Assembly: GCA_017433905.1 (NCBI GenBank)
Contig: JAFRGI010000026.1
Location: forward strand, 52,790 to 116,789
DNA: 64,000 nt
Direction: 5' to 3'
From: Ruminococcus sp.
Lineage (GTDB): Bacteria > Bacillota > Clostridia > Oscillospirales > Acutalibacteraceae
A model generated the notes under the pieces. It saw nothing but the letters and a program-made list of their open reading frames with translations. It did no database searches and was not told where the DNA came from. Made by a program: the position numbers and the translations under genes. Shown piece by piece: positions 1 to 10,285 of this stretch. Each line of letters starts with the position of its first letter. The first letter of the stretch is position 1.

Positions 1-654
1 GAAATCACGGGCGTGATCCTCACCAAGCTCGACGGTGATACCCGAGGCGGCGCCGCGCTGTCTGTCAAAGCGGTCACAGGCAAGCCGATCAAGTTTGCAG
101 GCACAGGTGAAAAGCTCGACGATATCGAAGTATTCCATCCCGACCGTATGGCGAGCCGTATTCTCGGAATGGGCGACGTACTGACGCTAATCGAAACCGC
201 ACAGACGAAGCTCGACGAAAAAAAAGCCGAAGAGATGGCGCAAAAAATGCTAAACAACAAGCTCGACTTCAACGATTTGAACGAGCAGTTCAACCAGATC
301 AAAAAGATGGGACCGCTCAAGGGAATTCTTTCAAAGCTTCCGGGCATCGGCAACCAACTCGACGATATGGATATCGACGACAGGCAAATTGACTGGCTAC
401 AGGCGATGATCTTCTCCATGACGCCCGCCGAAAGAGCTAACCCTTCCCTGATCAACCCCTCGCGCAAGCGCCGAATCGCGGCAGGCTCCGGCAGATCGGT
501 TGAGGAAGTCAACAAGCTGCTCAAGCAGCTTGAGCAAATGCAAAAGGTCATCAAGCAGATGAAAGGCGGCAAGGGCTCCAAAAAACGTCGCAAAAACAAA
601 ATGCTTCCCGGACTCGGCGGCATGCCGATGGGCGGCGGTAATATGCCGTTTTAA
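1..654 (+). CDS. ffh: Signal recognition particle protein Ffh, C-terminal part (5' end outside window)
   Basis: [29 protein letters not shown] and M-domain [11 protein letters not shown] motifs; precedes rpsP. Confidence 0.97.
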   Translation, partial: EITGVILTKLDGDTRGGAALSVKAVTGKPIKFAGTGEKLDDIEVFHPDRMASRILGMGDVLTLIETAQTKLDEKKAEEMAQKMLNNKLDFNDLNEQFNQIKKMGPLKGILSKLPGIGNQLDDMDIDDRQIDWLQAMIFSMTPAERANPSLINPSRKRRIAAGSGRSVEEVNKLLKQLEQMQKVIKQMKGGKGSKKRRKNKMLPGLGGMPMGGGNMPF

Positions 655-717
655 TCGCTATTCTCCCATTGCAAAATGGTGAATATATTTTTAAATCAAT
701 GTATAGAGGTGTTAATT

Positions 718-963
718 ATGGCAGTAAAAATCAGATTGAGAAGAATGGGTTCCAAAAAGGCTCCCTACTACAGAGTTGTCGTCGCAGATTCCAGATATCC
801 CAGAAACGGCAGATTTATCGAGGAAATCGGTACGTATGATATCCTCAAAAAACCTTCCGAATTCAAGGTAGACGCGGAAGCTGTAAAAAAATGGATCGCT
901 AACGGCGCACAGCCGACCGATACCGTGAAGGCTCTGCTCAAGAAAAACGGCATTATCGACTAA
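718..963 (+). CDS. rpsP: 30S ribosomal protein S16
   Basis: [35 protein letters not shown]; ATG at 718 after GAGGTG RBS. Confidence 0.98.
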   Translation: MAVKIRLRRMGSKKAPYYRVVVADSRYPRNGRFIEEIGTYDILKKPSEFKVDAEAVKKWIANGAQPTDTVKALLKKNGIID

Positions 964-987
964 CCGCAGACAGAAAGGATCACACAT

Positions 988-1221
988 ATGCAGGAGTTAC
1001 TTGCTATTATCGCCAAAGGCTTGGTGGACGATCCCGGCGCAGTCAGCGTTGACCGAGATGAACCCAACGAAGAAGGCGTGACCGTCTACCACATCCACGT
1101 AGCCGAGGACGACATGGGAAGAATCATCGGCAAACAGGGTCGAATCGCCAAAGCAATCCGCACGATCGCCAAAAGTGCATCTATGCGCATGGATGAAAAA
1201 GTGATGGTCGAAATCGACTAA
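988..1221 (+). CDS. khpA: KH-domain RNA-binding protein KhpA
   Basis: DMGRIIGKQGRIAKAIRT KH motif, 77 aa, usual position after rpsP. Confidence 0.93.
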   Translation: MQELLAIIAKGLVDDPGAVSVDRDEPNEEGVTVYHIHVAEDDMGRIIGKQGRIAKAIRTIAKSASMRMDEKVMVEID

Positions 1222-1227
1222 GACTAA

Positions 1228-1390
1228 AAGCCGCACCGCACCTTCAGGTGTGCGGATTGCGTAGAGAGTTTTTTTCGTCAGAGTGCACAATAAACGGAAG
1301 TCAGGCTGACGCCTTGCCGAAAATTTTTGGGTAGTCTGACGGAACAATATCCAAGCAAGACGTGCGACGCGAATTGTGCGGTATTACCTA
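1228..1390. repeat. Palindromic MITE/REP-like dispersed repeat, copy A
   Basis: Core TTTTTCGTCAGAGTGCACAATAAACGGAAG...CTGACGGAACAATATCCAAGCAAG...GAATTGTGCGGTATTACCTA is nearly identical to 13690-13845 and related to 5625-5791. Confidence 0.85.
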
Positions 1391-1446
1391 AAAAATAAAA
1401 CGCTGTGAATACGGAGGCATTTCCCGTATCTTCACAGCGTTTTGTT

Positions 1447-1749
1447 TTACATTTTCCCCGCCAAGGCTCTGCCGAGCCAAATATCGGCAATATCCATCGC
1501 AAGGTAAAAACCCCGCTTTTCGCTGGTCTTGACGATCGCCTTTCTCGGTAAGAGATACGGATCCGTCGCCATCAGCTGAACCGTAATTTTATCGGCAATC
1601 TCCACACCGCCGACTTCCTTTTTAGACTTGATCTGCAACCTAATCACATACGGTTCTTCCATGTTACCATAGTAAATTTCGTCGCCGCAGCGGACGAGTG
1701 GTCTGCTTTTATAGGTCGAGAACTCTTTCGATGCTTTCGCTTCTGCCAA
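1447..1749 (-). CDS. Hypothetical protein
   Basis: 100-aa ORF, TTG start with AAAGGA RBS, directly downstream of the ireB-like gene on the same strand. Confidence 0.75.
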   Translation of the reverse strand: MAEAKASKEFSTYKSRPLVRCGDEIYYGNMEEPYVIRLQIKSKKEVGGVEIADKITVQLMATDPYLLPRKAIVKTSEKRGFYLAMDIADIWLGRALAGKM

Positions 1750-1765
1750 AAGGCATCATCCTTTC

Positions 1766-2011
1766 TTAAACATTGAGGTAAGATTTCACCAGTGCTTCTA
1801 ACAGATCGTCGCGGTCAATTGCGCTGATAATATTGCGCGCGTTGTTGTAGGTCGTAATATACGTGGGATCCTCGCTGAGAATGTAACCCACAATCTGGTT
1901 GATGGGATTATAGCCCTTCTGCCGCAGCGCATCGTATACGATTGTCAACCCTGTTTTGATCTGGTCGTCTTTTTCCTCTCCCAAGGAAAAGATCATTGTT
2001 TTTTCTAACAT
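1766..2011 (-). CDS. ireB: IreB/ReoM family regulatory phosphoprotein (UPF0297)
   Basis: [29 protein letters not shown] signature. Confidence 0.92.
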   Translation of the reverse strand: MLEKTMIFSLGEEKDDQIKTGLTIVYDALRQKGYNPINQIVGYILSEDPTYITTYNNARNIISAIDRDDLLEALVKSYLNV

Positions 2012-2090
2012 ACCGAAGCACCTCCCTTTTATCTATTCTATTATTATACAGGAAACAGCGTAAAATTGCAAGGGTTTTTAGCAGTTTTGT

Positions 2091-4457
2091 TCATCGCAAA
2101 GCAACATTTATTTTATTGAGATTATCAATGATCCGATCCATAATCTCCTGCACCTCGGCAGAGCTAAGTGTGCGCTCGGGGGAGGAAAACTCAAAGCGAA
2201 TCGCAATGCTGTGGAACGCTTCTGTATCGTAGGTATCCACAATTCTGGCACCGCGCAAAATGCCCTTTCCCTCGTCCTTCCAGCAACAGACAAGATCGGC
2301 ATAAAATACACCCGCAGGTACAATAACGCTGATATCATAATCCATCGGCGGGAATTTGGAGGGTTCCTTGTAAGAAACGGAATCGTTGGTGACGGCGGCA
2401 AATTCGCTCATATCCAGCTCTGCAAACACAATACTGCTTTTTTTGTCAATCTTCTTGCCGACAGTCGGATGGACAACTCCCATTGTACCTATTTTCTTTC
2501 CGTCTAAGAAAACAGCATTAAGATTGACCGGATGCTCATAGCTGTGCTGCGCCTGCACGGCTTGGTAAGAGAGGGGCTTATGCTTGATATCGTCTGTAAG
2601 AACCGCCAGCATGTCCCTCAGCTCAAAATAGAGGGTGCGTACATCCTTCTCCTTACTGTAGAGCGTAACCGCAAGCTTTTTATGCTCAGCACAAAGGCCG
2701 TTTTCGTCCAGTCCTTCCACAACTCTGCCGATCTCAAAAATACCAAACTCGGGTGCATAACCCACATTCGAATTAATCTGACAAAGCTGTGTCGGGATCA
2801 TGGAACTGCGAAGAGTTTCCATATTGGGGTTCGTCGCATTGAGAAGCTTTACATTCTCCTCCACGGGAATGCCAAGCGCTTTCTGTTCATCTGCGTACGC
2901 CCAAATGTAGGAATGCACCTCATGCAGGCTGTAACGTTTAACCAGTAGATCCTTTATACGATCCTCGTTATTCTTGACCACGTCCTCACGCACCGGATAG
3001 AGCGGCGAACGGGTAGTGTGGATCTCAAAATTATCATAACCGTAAATGCGCGTAATCTCTTCGATGATGTCGGCGTTCATGGTCACGTCCTTAGTCGCTC
3101 TCCACGAGGGTACCGTCACATCAAAGGCACTGTCGTTCAGCGTCACGGTAAAGCCGAGACTGGTGAGCGTTTTGACCATCGTGTCATTGTCCATCTCAAT
3201 ACCCGTGTAGCGGTCGACAAAAGCCTTGTCAAACGTGAGATTGATCTGCGGATAGCGGAACGCATACGCATCCGTAAGGGCAGAAACCACCTTGACGTCT
3301 CTGTCATATTTCATCAGCAGATACAAAAAGCGTGCAATGGCAGGAACGGTCATCTCGGGATCAAGACTTTTTTCATAACGCATCGACGCGTCTGTACGAT
3401 GTGCCAGACGAACCGTCGATTTACGAACGGACGCCGCGTCAAAGGTTGCAGATTCCAGCGTCAGCGTGGTGGTATCCTCTACAATCTCGGAATCCAAGCC
3501 GCCCATAATACCCGCAATCGCGACAGGGGTGTTATCGTTACAAATCATCAGGGTATTCTCGTCGATATGTCGCTCTACACCATCGAGAGTTTGGAATTCA
3601 AACGGCTGCGCAAAACGCTTGATACGGATTTTCCCTACTTTACGCGAATCGAAGGCATGCATAGGCTGACCCATTTCCAGCATAAGGTAGTTCGTAAGAT
3701 CAGCAAGGAAATTGATACCGCGCATACCGCAGTAAAACAAACGAATCCGCATATTCACGGGACTGACGGAACGTGTGATATTCTCCATTTGCAGGCAGGA
3801 ATAGCGCTGACAGAGCGGATCCTCGATCTTCATATCAACCTTTTGCAGCGCATCATACGCCGTCAAATCCGCTGTATCGAGAGCTTTGAGCGGTCTGTCC
3901 GCCAAAGCAGCAAACTCGCGTGCGATGCCGTAGTGTCCCCAGAGGTCGGGGCGGTTGGTAAGCGACTTATTGTCAACTTCAAAAATGATATCGTCGATTG
4001 CATACAGTTCCTTGATATCCGTACCGTTGGGTACATCTTCGGTGATATCCATAATACCCGAATGGTCGTCACTGATTCCGAGCTCCGACTCGGAACAGCA
4101 CATGCCATATGACATATGCCCCGCAAGCGGACGCGGCGCAATTTCGATTTCTCCCAGTTTTGCACCCACCTTGGCGAATGCCGTTTTCATACCGACACGC
4201 ACATTCGGCGCCCCGCAGACAACGTCGGTCAACTCAGGCTCACCCGCGTCCACCTGCAGCAGATGAAGCTTTTTGGAGTCCGGATGATTCTCGACGGATT
4301 TGATTTCCGCCACCACCACACCGCTGATGTCGGCTCCCTTAAAGAAAATCTCATTTTCCACCTCCGCCGTAGAAAGTGAAAAGCGATGAATCAGCTTCAC
4401 CTTATCAAGACCCGTAAAATCTACGAAATCCGAAATCCAGTTCATTGACAGGAACAT
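2091..4457 (-). CDS. pheT: Phenylalanine--tRNA ligase beta subunit
   Basis: OB-fold VVCGAPNV, NRPDLWGHYGIARE, B5 VPSWR...EEITRIYGYD, C-terminal anticodon-binding domain; follows pheS. Confidence 0.96.
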   Translation of the reverse strand: MFLSMNWISDFVDFTGLDKVKLIHRFSLSTAEVENEIFFKGADISGVVVAEIKSVENHPDSKKLHLLQVDAGEPELTDVVCGAPNVRVGMKTAFAKVGAKLGEIEIAPRPLAGHMSYGMCCSESELGISDDHSGIMDITEDVPNGTDIKELYAIDDIIFEVDNKSLTNRPDLWGHYGIAREFAALADRPLKALDTADLTAYDALQKVDMKIEDPLCQRYSCLQMENITRSVSPVNMRIRLFYCGMRGINFLADLTNYLMLEMGQPMHAFDSRKVGKIRIKRFAQPFEFQTLDGVERHIDENTLMICNDNTPVAIAGIMGGLDSEIVEDTTTLTLESATFDAASVRKSTVRLAHRTDASMRYEKSLDPEMTVPAIARFLYLLMKYDRDVKVVSALTDAYAFRYPQINLTFDKAFVDRYTGIEMDNDTMVKTLTSLGFTVTLNDSAFDVTVPSWRATKDVTMNADIIEEITRIYGYDNFEIHTTRSPLYPVREDVVKNNEDRIKDLLVKRYSLHEVHSYIWAYADEQKALGIPVEENVKLLNATNPNMETLRSSMIPTQLCQINSNVGYAPEFGIFEIGRVVEGLDENGLCAEHKKLAVTLYSKEKDVRTLYFELRDMLAVLTDDIKHKPLSYQAVQAQHSYEHPVNLNAVFLDGKKIGTMGVVHPTVGKKIDKKSSIVFAELDMSEFAAVTNDSVSYKEPSKFPPMDYDISVIVPAGVFYADLVCCWKDEGKGILRGARIVDTYDTEAFHSIAIRFEFSSPERTLSSAEVQEIMDRIIDNLNKINVALR

Positions 4458-4471
4458 AGTACCTTACCTCC

Positions 4472-5527
4472 TTAGTTATCGTCATCGGTAAACTGCGACA
4501 GGGCTTTGAGATTACCGCTGTTGAGATCGCGAATATCCTTAACGCTGTATTTCATCATGACAAGACGCGTCAGACCGAGACCAAAAGCAAAACCCGTATA
4601 CGTATCGGGATCTACACCGCCCTCACGCAGAACGTTGGGATGAATCATACCGCACGGACAAAGCTCCAGCCAACCGCTGTGCTTACAGGAGGGGCAGCCC
4701 TCTCCGCCGCAAATCTCACAGTTGATATCCAACTCAAATCCCGGCTCAACGAACGGGAAAAAGCCGGGGCGCAGGCGCACTTTGATATCTCTTTGGAACA
4801 CCTCGGAAAGCATGGTTTTCATAAAATATATAAGATTGGAAATTGAAATACCCTTGTCCACCATCATGCCCTCCATTTGAAAGAACGTGTTTTCGTGGCA
4901 GGCATCTGTCGCCTCGTTACGGAAACAGCGTCCGGGAAAAATCGCCTTGATGGGCACGCCGTTTTCTACCAGATTTTTTCTGTATTTGCGAAGGATCGCA
5001 TTCTGCGCAGCAGAGGTCTGTGTCTTGAGGAGCTGACCGTTTTCCAGATAATACGTATCCTGCATATCGCGCGCCGGGTGGTGCTTGGGGATATTGACAG
5101 CTTCAAAACACTCGTAATCGGTCACCACCTCGGCATAATCTTCCACGGTGAATCCCATTGATTTGAACACCGACTCGCACTGTCTTTGCGAGAGGGTAAC
5201 GGGGTGATAGGAGCCGCGTGTCAATTCCGGAGGGGTGGTCACATCGAACACAGGCATACGTTTAATTTCCGCCTCAATCGCTTTTTCGTTCAGTTCCTCG
5301 ATCTTTCGCTCAATCAGCTCGGCAGTATTCGCCTTGAGCTTGTTCACCTCCGCGCCGAAGGTTTTTCTTTCGTCATTGCTAAGATCCTTCATTCCCTTGA
5401 GCAGCGCGGTAACACTGCCCTTTTTGCCGAGATAGCTGACTCTTAGCTTATCAAGCTCGGCGAGGTCTGTCACCTCACCCAGCTTTTGCTGGATTTTTTC
5501 TCTGAGAAGATCAATTCTGTTATCCAT
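4472..5527 (-). CDS. pheS: Phenylalanine--tRNA ligase alpha subunit
   Basis: HPARDMQDTYY, RPGFFPFVEPGFE, GFAFGLGLTRL. Confidence 0.97.
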   Translation of the reverse strand: MDNRIDLLREKIQQKLGEVTDLAELDKLRVSYLGKKGSVTALLKGMKDLSNDERKTFGAEVNKLKANTAELIERKIEELNEKAIEAEIKRMPVFDVTTPPELTRGSYHPVTLSQRQCESVFKSMGFTVEDYAEVVTDYECFEAVNIPKHHPARDMQDTYYLENGQLLKTQTSAAQNAILRKYRKNLVENGVPIKAIFPGRCFRNEATDACHENTFFQMEGMMVDKGISISNLIYFMKTMLSEVFQRDIKVRLRPGFFPFVEPGFELDINCEICGGEGCPSCKHSGWLELCPCGMIHPNVLREGGVDPDTYTGFAFGLGLTRLVMMKYSVKDIRDLNSGNLKALSQFTDDDN

Positions 5528-5624
5528 AATTTCCTCCTGTCAAAATATGATAAAGCGTTATTCAAAAGTGCAGCGGGCAACCTCTCCCGCTCAAAATCAA
5601 AAATGTTTCCATCTTTTCAATATT

Positions 5625-5791
5625 GAGGGCAATACCGCATAATGTTGGTGTACGGATTGCGCAGTAAGATTTTTCGTCAGGTTGGACAAATAATCCGTTC
5701 GCATACTGCCGTATGGGGGCTGATTTCGGGGCAAGCTGACGGAATAATATTAAAGCAAGGCGTGCGCCATGAATTGTGCGGTGCTGCCTTA
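5625..5791. repeat. Palindromic MITE/REP-like dispersed repeat, copy B (in the pheS leader)
   Basis: Terminal IR GGCAATACCGCATAAT / ATTGTGCGGTGCTGCC; internal TTTTCGTCAG...CTGACGGAA stem shared with copies A and C. Confidence 0.8.
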
Positions 5792-5804
5792 GATAATGCA
5801 TAAT

Positions 5805-6050
5805 GCAAAAAACCTGCACGATCCTAAAACCGTGCAGGGACGAAACATTTCCGCGGTACCACCCTGATTTCCGCAAGCGCAGACTCTCATTGTGCCTGTA
5901 ACGGGGCAAACCGTCAGAACCTACTGTTTTTTCAGCCCTGCCACTCGGGAGTGAACTTCACACTGAGCCGTTCTAACGCGCTTTCAGCCGCCGACGCATC
6001 TCTCTTTCAAAACGGTGATTCCGTGCTACTCTCTCCGTCGCTGTGTTATC
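5805..6050 (-). ncRNA. T-box riboswitch (Phe) upstream of pheST
   Basis: Minus strand: AGAGA and GCTGAAAG stem I motifs, specifier TTC (5953-5955), AGTA and CCGTTA boxes, T-box AGGGTGGTACCGCG (5852-5865), terminator CCTGCACG...CGTGCAGG followed by a T run. Confidence 0.93.
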
Positions 6051-6083
6051 CTTTAAAAACTTTTATTAACTTAATACGTTTGT

Positions 6084-6112
6084 ATTGTACCACGTTTTTT
6101 GAAAATTTTCAA
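6084..6112 (-). promoter_or_regulatory. Sigma-A promoter for T-box/pheST
   Basis: TTGAAA-17 bp-TACAAT with TG extension. Confidence 0.7.
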
Positions 6113-6327
6113 GTGGAAATGTGCCGTTTCATAGAGTTATGTTATTTCCTCGGCAGTCACTGCGAAGTTTCGGCAAGCTCTGCACCTTTCTGCAACTGAC
6201 AGAGAGCGTCGTTTCATCAAAGTCACGTTTTTGATCGTCTGCTGCCATCGCTATGATCCAGACGACCAAATCTTAAAAATCTCCCTGCAAAACAAAAAAA
6301 CACCACTTTCGTGACAGGTTTTTTGCT

Positions 6328-7417
6328 TTGGCGGAGGACAAGGGATTTGAAGTCTTGAGGTTAGTGTATCATAACGTTTCACTATGTAGCAATTTCCGCT
6401 ATTTCAAGCCATTTTCAGTATATCGGTGTTTCATTTTGTTGCACTTCATTTCACATTGATAAAGAACACATAAAGAACACGAAAATCAAAAAGAAGTAGC
6501 CAAAGACGGTATGAATCAAAAAACAGGCGGTGGGCTATCCGAGAAAACGCAAAAGCATTATCTGACATTTATTAGTGATGTAATGCTCTACGCGAAAAAA
6601 TGCGGTTACATTGACAACAATCCTTGTAGAGATATTACCTTTACAAAATCAGCGAAAAAAGAAAAAGAGGTGTATTCTCTTGATGAAGCTAAAGCGTTAT
6701 TAGCGGCAATCGACGAGAAAGCACCATTGAATTACAGACTATTCTTTAATTTGTTGGCTTACAGCGGCATGCGGCGCGGTGAAGCGTTAGGTTTGGAATA
6801 TAAGGATATTAACTTTGAAACGTCCGTATTAACCATTTGCAGGACGTCAAATTATCATCAAGGATATGGAGTATACACCGATACCCCGAAAACAAAATCA
6901 AGTTATCGTTCTTTGTATATCCAAAACTCTATTATTAAATTGATTCAGCGGTTGCGTGAAGAACAACAAGAGCAAGCGAAAAAATGCGGTGATTTGTGGG
7001 TTGAATGTGACAGGCTTTTTACAACTTGGAACGGCAAGCCGTTACACCCGAGCGCACCCTACAAATGGCTTAAACGCTTCTGTGAGAATGAGAAACTAAC
7101 ATTTAAGGCATTGCATAGCTTTAGGCACTTCGTAGCTTCACAGGCATTAGCAAGCGGCATTGACGTGAAAGCGGTATCAAATATGTTAGGGCATAGCCAA
7201 ACAAGCACCACGCTAAACATTTACGCTCACGCCGTTCAGCAGGCAAACGAGAACGCATTAAACAGCGTTGCAAAATTGCTTGAAACATGATAATACATAA
7301 CGAATAAAGAACACGATAAAGAACATAGAGATGTCCGAGCAAAAAAGAAAACCCGAAAACGGCTTAAATAAGCCATTTTCGAGCTTCGTGGGGTTGGCGG
7401 AGGACAAGGGATTTGAA
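6328..7417. mobile_element. Collapsed integrative element at the tRNA-Ser(GCT) 3' end
   Basis: 24-bp direct repeat TTGGCGGAGGACAAGGGATTTGAA at 6328-6351 and 7394-7417 (tRNA 3' end) flanks an AT-richer segment containing only an integrase fragment. Confidence 0.9.
6511..7290 (+). pseudogene. Tyrosine integrase, N-terminally truncated
   Basis: GMRRGE, TPKT, HSFRH, LGH and IYAH catalytic motifs present; ORF begins inside the core-binding domain; 259 aa against ~400 typical. Confidence 0.85.
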
Positions 7418-7484
7418 CCCTCGCGCCGCGTTAGCGACCTACTCCCTTAGCAGGGGAGCCTCTTCACCACTTGAGTAATCCTCC
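7395..7484 (-). tRNA. tRNA-Ser(GCT)
   Basis: GGAGGAT acceptor stem, anticodon arm CTCCC-CTGCTAA-GGGAG, long variable arm, GGTTCAAATCC, encoded CCA. Confidence 0.96.
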
Positions 7485-7523
7485 GTGCAGTAAATCTATA
7501 AAACATATGGTAATTGAAATATT

Positions 7524-7612
7524 TGGCGGAGAGAAAGGGATTCGAACCCTTGGTCCCTTGCGGGATCACTAGTTTTCAAGACTAGCTCCTTAAACCACTC
7601 GGACATCTCTCC
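7524..7612 (-). tRNA. tRNA-Ser(TGA)
   Basis: GGAGAGA acceptor stem, anticodon arm CTAGT-CTTGAAA-ACTAG, long variable arm, GGTTCGAATCC, encoded CCA. Confidence 0.96.
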
Positions 7613-7640
7613 GTGTCGTCCGACTGTATCATCGTGGAAT

Positions 7641-7741
7641 ATTTTATCATAACAATCTGCTTTTGTCAAGTCATAATTTCAGATTCCCCGTTGATTTCAA
7701 ACAGAAAAACCCTTGTCAAACTTTCGAAACTGTTGTATAAT
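7641..7741. promoter_or_regulatory. Divergent sigma-A promoters for the tRNA-Ser pair (-) and proS (+)
   Basis: Minus TTGACA(7664-7669)-17-TAAAAT(7641-7646); plus TTGTCA(7713-7718)-17-TATAAT(7736-7741). Confidence 0.7.
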
Positions 7742-7774
7742 GGGAGCGTTATGTACTGATACGGAGGAAAGATT

Positions 7775-9214
7775 ATGGCTCAAAATAAAAAAATGGTCGA
7801 GGCGATTACCAGCCGCGACGAAGATTTTGCAAAATGGTATACCGATATTGTCAAAAAAGCGGAATTGGTGGATTACTCGGGCGTCAAAGGCTGCATGGTC
7901 ATCCGTCCCTACGGCTATGCCATTTGGGAATTGATGCAGGCGAACATGGACAGACGCTTCAAGGAAACCGGACACGAAAATGTTTATATGCCGATGTTCA
8001 TCCCCGAGAGCCTTCTGCAAAAAGAAAAAGATCACGTTGCCGGCTTCGCCCCCGAATGCGCATGGGTAACCGTCGGCGGTCAGGAAAAGCTAACGGAACG
8101 TCTGGCAGTACGTCCAACCTCCGAAACGCTTTTCTGCGATCACTATAAAAAAGTTATTAAAACATACCGCGATCTGCCCAAGCTGTACAACCAGTGGTGC
8201 AGCGTTGTCAGATGGGAAAAAACGACCCGCCCTTTCCTGAGAACGTCGGAGTTTCTTTGGCAGGAGGGACACACGATGCACGCCACAGCCGAGGACGCAC
8301 AGGAAGAGACCCTGAAAATGCTGAAGGTCTACGAGGACTTTTATGCGGAAACCCTCGCGATCCCCGCGGTCGTCGGACGGAAAACCGAAAAAGAAAAATT
8401 TGCGGGCGCGGAAGCGACCTACACCATTGAGCCGATGATGCACAACGGCGTCGCGCTCCAGGGCGGCACCTCCCATTATTTCGGCGACGGCTTTGCCAAA
8501 AGCTTTGGTATCGCCTTCACAGGCAAAGACAACAAGCTGCACTATCCCCACCAAACCTCATGGGGTACATCTACCCGCATGATCGGTGCGCTGATTATGG
8601 TACACAGCGATGACGACGGACTGGTTCTGCCGCCGAAAATCGCGCCGATCCAGGTCGCGCTGATCCCCGTTGCTCAGCACAAGGAAGGTGTTCTTGAAAA
8701 AGCCGGCGAGCTCAAAGCAGAGTTGATCAAAAATTTCCGTGTGAAACTTGACGACAGCGATCATGCGCCCGGCTGGAAATTCGCAGAATACGAAATGAAG
8801 GGCGTACCTGTGCGCGTAGAGATCGGTCCCAAGGATATTGAAAAGAATCAATGCGTCGTGGTACGCCGCGACACCAGAGAAAAAGCGTTTGTGCCGCTCG
8901 ATGGTCTGAGCGAATACATTGAAGAACTGCTTGTGACCATTCACAAGGATATGTACGACCGCGCAGCAAAAAACATGGCGGAAAAAACCTTTGTCGCCAC
9001 CACACACGCAGAATTTATTGACACCGCCAAAAAACGTCCCGGTTTTATCAAAGCGATGTGGTGCGGCGATTCCGCCTGCGAGGATCAGCTCAAGGAAGAG
9101 ACAGGAGGCGTCAAGAGCCGCTGCATTCCCTTTAAGGAGGAAAACTTCGCCGATACCTGTGTCTGCTGCGGCAAGCCCGCCAAGCATATGGTATTTTGGG
9201 GTAAGCAGTATTAA
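7775..9214 (+). CDS. proS: Proline--tRNA ligase, archaeal/eukaryote-like type
   Basis: [40 protein letters not shown]-terminal Zn domain ending FWGKQY. Confidence 0.97.
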   Translation: MAQNKKMVEAITSRDEDFAKWYTDIVKKAELVDYSGVKGCMVIRPYGYAIWELMQANMDRRFKETGHENVYMPMFIPESLLQKEKDHVAGFAPECAWVTVGGQEKLTERLAVRPTSETLFCDHYKKVIKTYRDLPKLYNQWCSVVRWEKTTRPFLRTSEFLWQEGHTMHATAEDAQEETLKMLKVYEDFYAETLAIPAVVGRKTEKEKFAGAEATYTIEPMMHNGVALQGGTSHYFGDGFAKSFGIAFTGKDNKLHYPHQTSWGTSTRMIGALIMVHSDDDGLVLPPKIAPIQVALIPVAQHKEGVLEKAGELKAELIKNFRVKLDDSDHAPGWKFAEYEMKGVPVRVEIGPKDIEKNQCVVVRRDTREKAFVPLDGLSEYIEELLVTIHKDMYDRAAKNMAEKTFVATTHAEFIDTAKKRPGFIKAMWCGDSACEDQLKEETGGVKSRCIPFKEENFADTCVCCGKPAKHMVFWGKQY

Positions 9215-9262
9215 TACGCTTGCCGGCGACACAACATTTTATCATACGGAAGGAGTGAGAAT

Positions 9263-10195
9263 ATGCCGATTAAGGTACAAAACAATTTGCCTGCGATCAA
9301 GGTGCTTAAAAGTGAAAATATTTTTGTTATGCCCAACGAGGTGGCGCTCAAACAAGACATCCGTCCGCTGAAAATTCTTATCCTCAATTTGATGCCCACC
9401 AAAATCGCCACGGAAACACAATTACTCCGTTTGCTCGGCAACAGTCCTCTTCAAGTGGACATTGAACTGCTGCAAATGGCATCTCACACCTCCAAAAATA
9501 CTTCTCCCCACCATTTGACCACCTTTTACAAAACCTTTGCCGAGATCAAAAACGACACCTTTGACGGTTTGATTATCACGGGCGCGCCCGTGGAACACCT
9601 GCCGTTTGAAGAAGTCGATTACTGGCAGGAACTGTGCGAAATTATGGAATGGTCAAAGCACAATGTCTACTCCACCTTTCACATCTGCTGGGGCGCACAG
9701 GCAGGCTTATATTTTCATTACGGCATCCGTAAATATCCACTGGACAAAAAACTCAGCGGCCTCTATGAACATAAGGTTCTCCATCCGCTCCATCCGCTGA
9801 TGCGCGGCTTTGACGACCGCTTCTGTATTCCGCATTCGCGTTATACCACGATACGTTTGGATGAAATCAAACGCTGCCCCGGGCTTGAGGTGCTCGCCGT
9901 CAGCGAAAAGGCAGGGCCCGCTATTATCTGCAACAAGTCGGGCAGACAAATGTTCGTCACCGGTCACGCGGAATACGACCGTGAGACACTGGCCAACGAA
10001 TATTACCGCGATATTAGCCGCGGACTGAACCCCAACATTCCCTGCAACTACTTTCCCGGCGATGACGCCGCACAAACACCGCCAATGGTTTGGCGCAGCT
10101 ACGCCACGCTGCTCTACACCAACTGGCTCAACTATTTTGTCTATCAGGCAACCCCCTACGACCTTAGGGACTTGCTGAAACGATATCCGCATTAA
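9263..10195 (+). CDS. metA: Homoserine O-acyltransferase MetA (Glu in GAPVE suggests acetyl specificity)
   Basis: [34 protein letters not shown]. Confidence 0.95.
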   Translation: MPIKVQNNLPAIKVLKSENIFVMPNEVALKQDIRPLKILILNLMPTKIATETQLLRLLGNSPLQVDIELLQMASHTSKNTSPHHLTTFYKTFAEIKNDTFDGLIITGAPVEHLPFEEVDYWQELCEIMEWSKHNVYSTFHICWGAQAGLYFHYGIRKYPLDKKLSGLYEHKVLHPLHPLMRGFDDRFCIPHSRYTTIRLDEIKRCPGLEVLAVSEKAGPAIICNKSGRQMFVTGHAEYDRETLANEYYRDISRGLNPNIPCNYFPGDDAAQTPPMVWRSYATLLYTNWLNYFVYQATPYDLRDLLKRYPH

Positions 10196-10285
10196 CAAAC
10201 ATGATTTCGGGCGTGCCATGCACGCCCATACCTATATCAACCGATACACACCCACATTTCAGGCAATCATACCAGGGAGGCGGTT

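Noticed and set aside
6328-6351. Possible third tRNA gene
   Set aside because: Only the 3' 24 nt are present; it is the att duplication.
7524-7612. Selenocysteine or suppressor tRNA
   Set aside because: Anticodon TGA reads Ser UCA; tRNA-Sec would have TCA and a longer acceptor stem.
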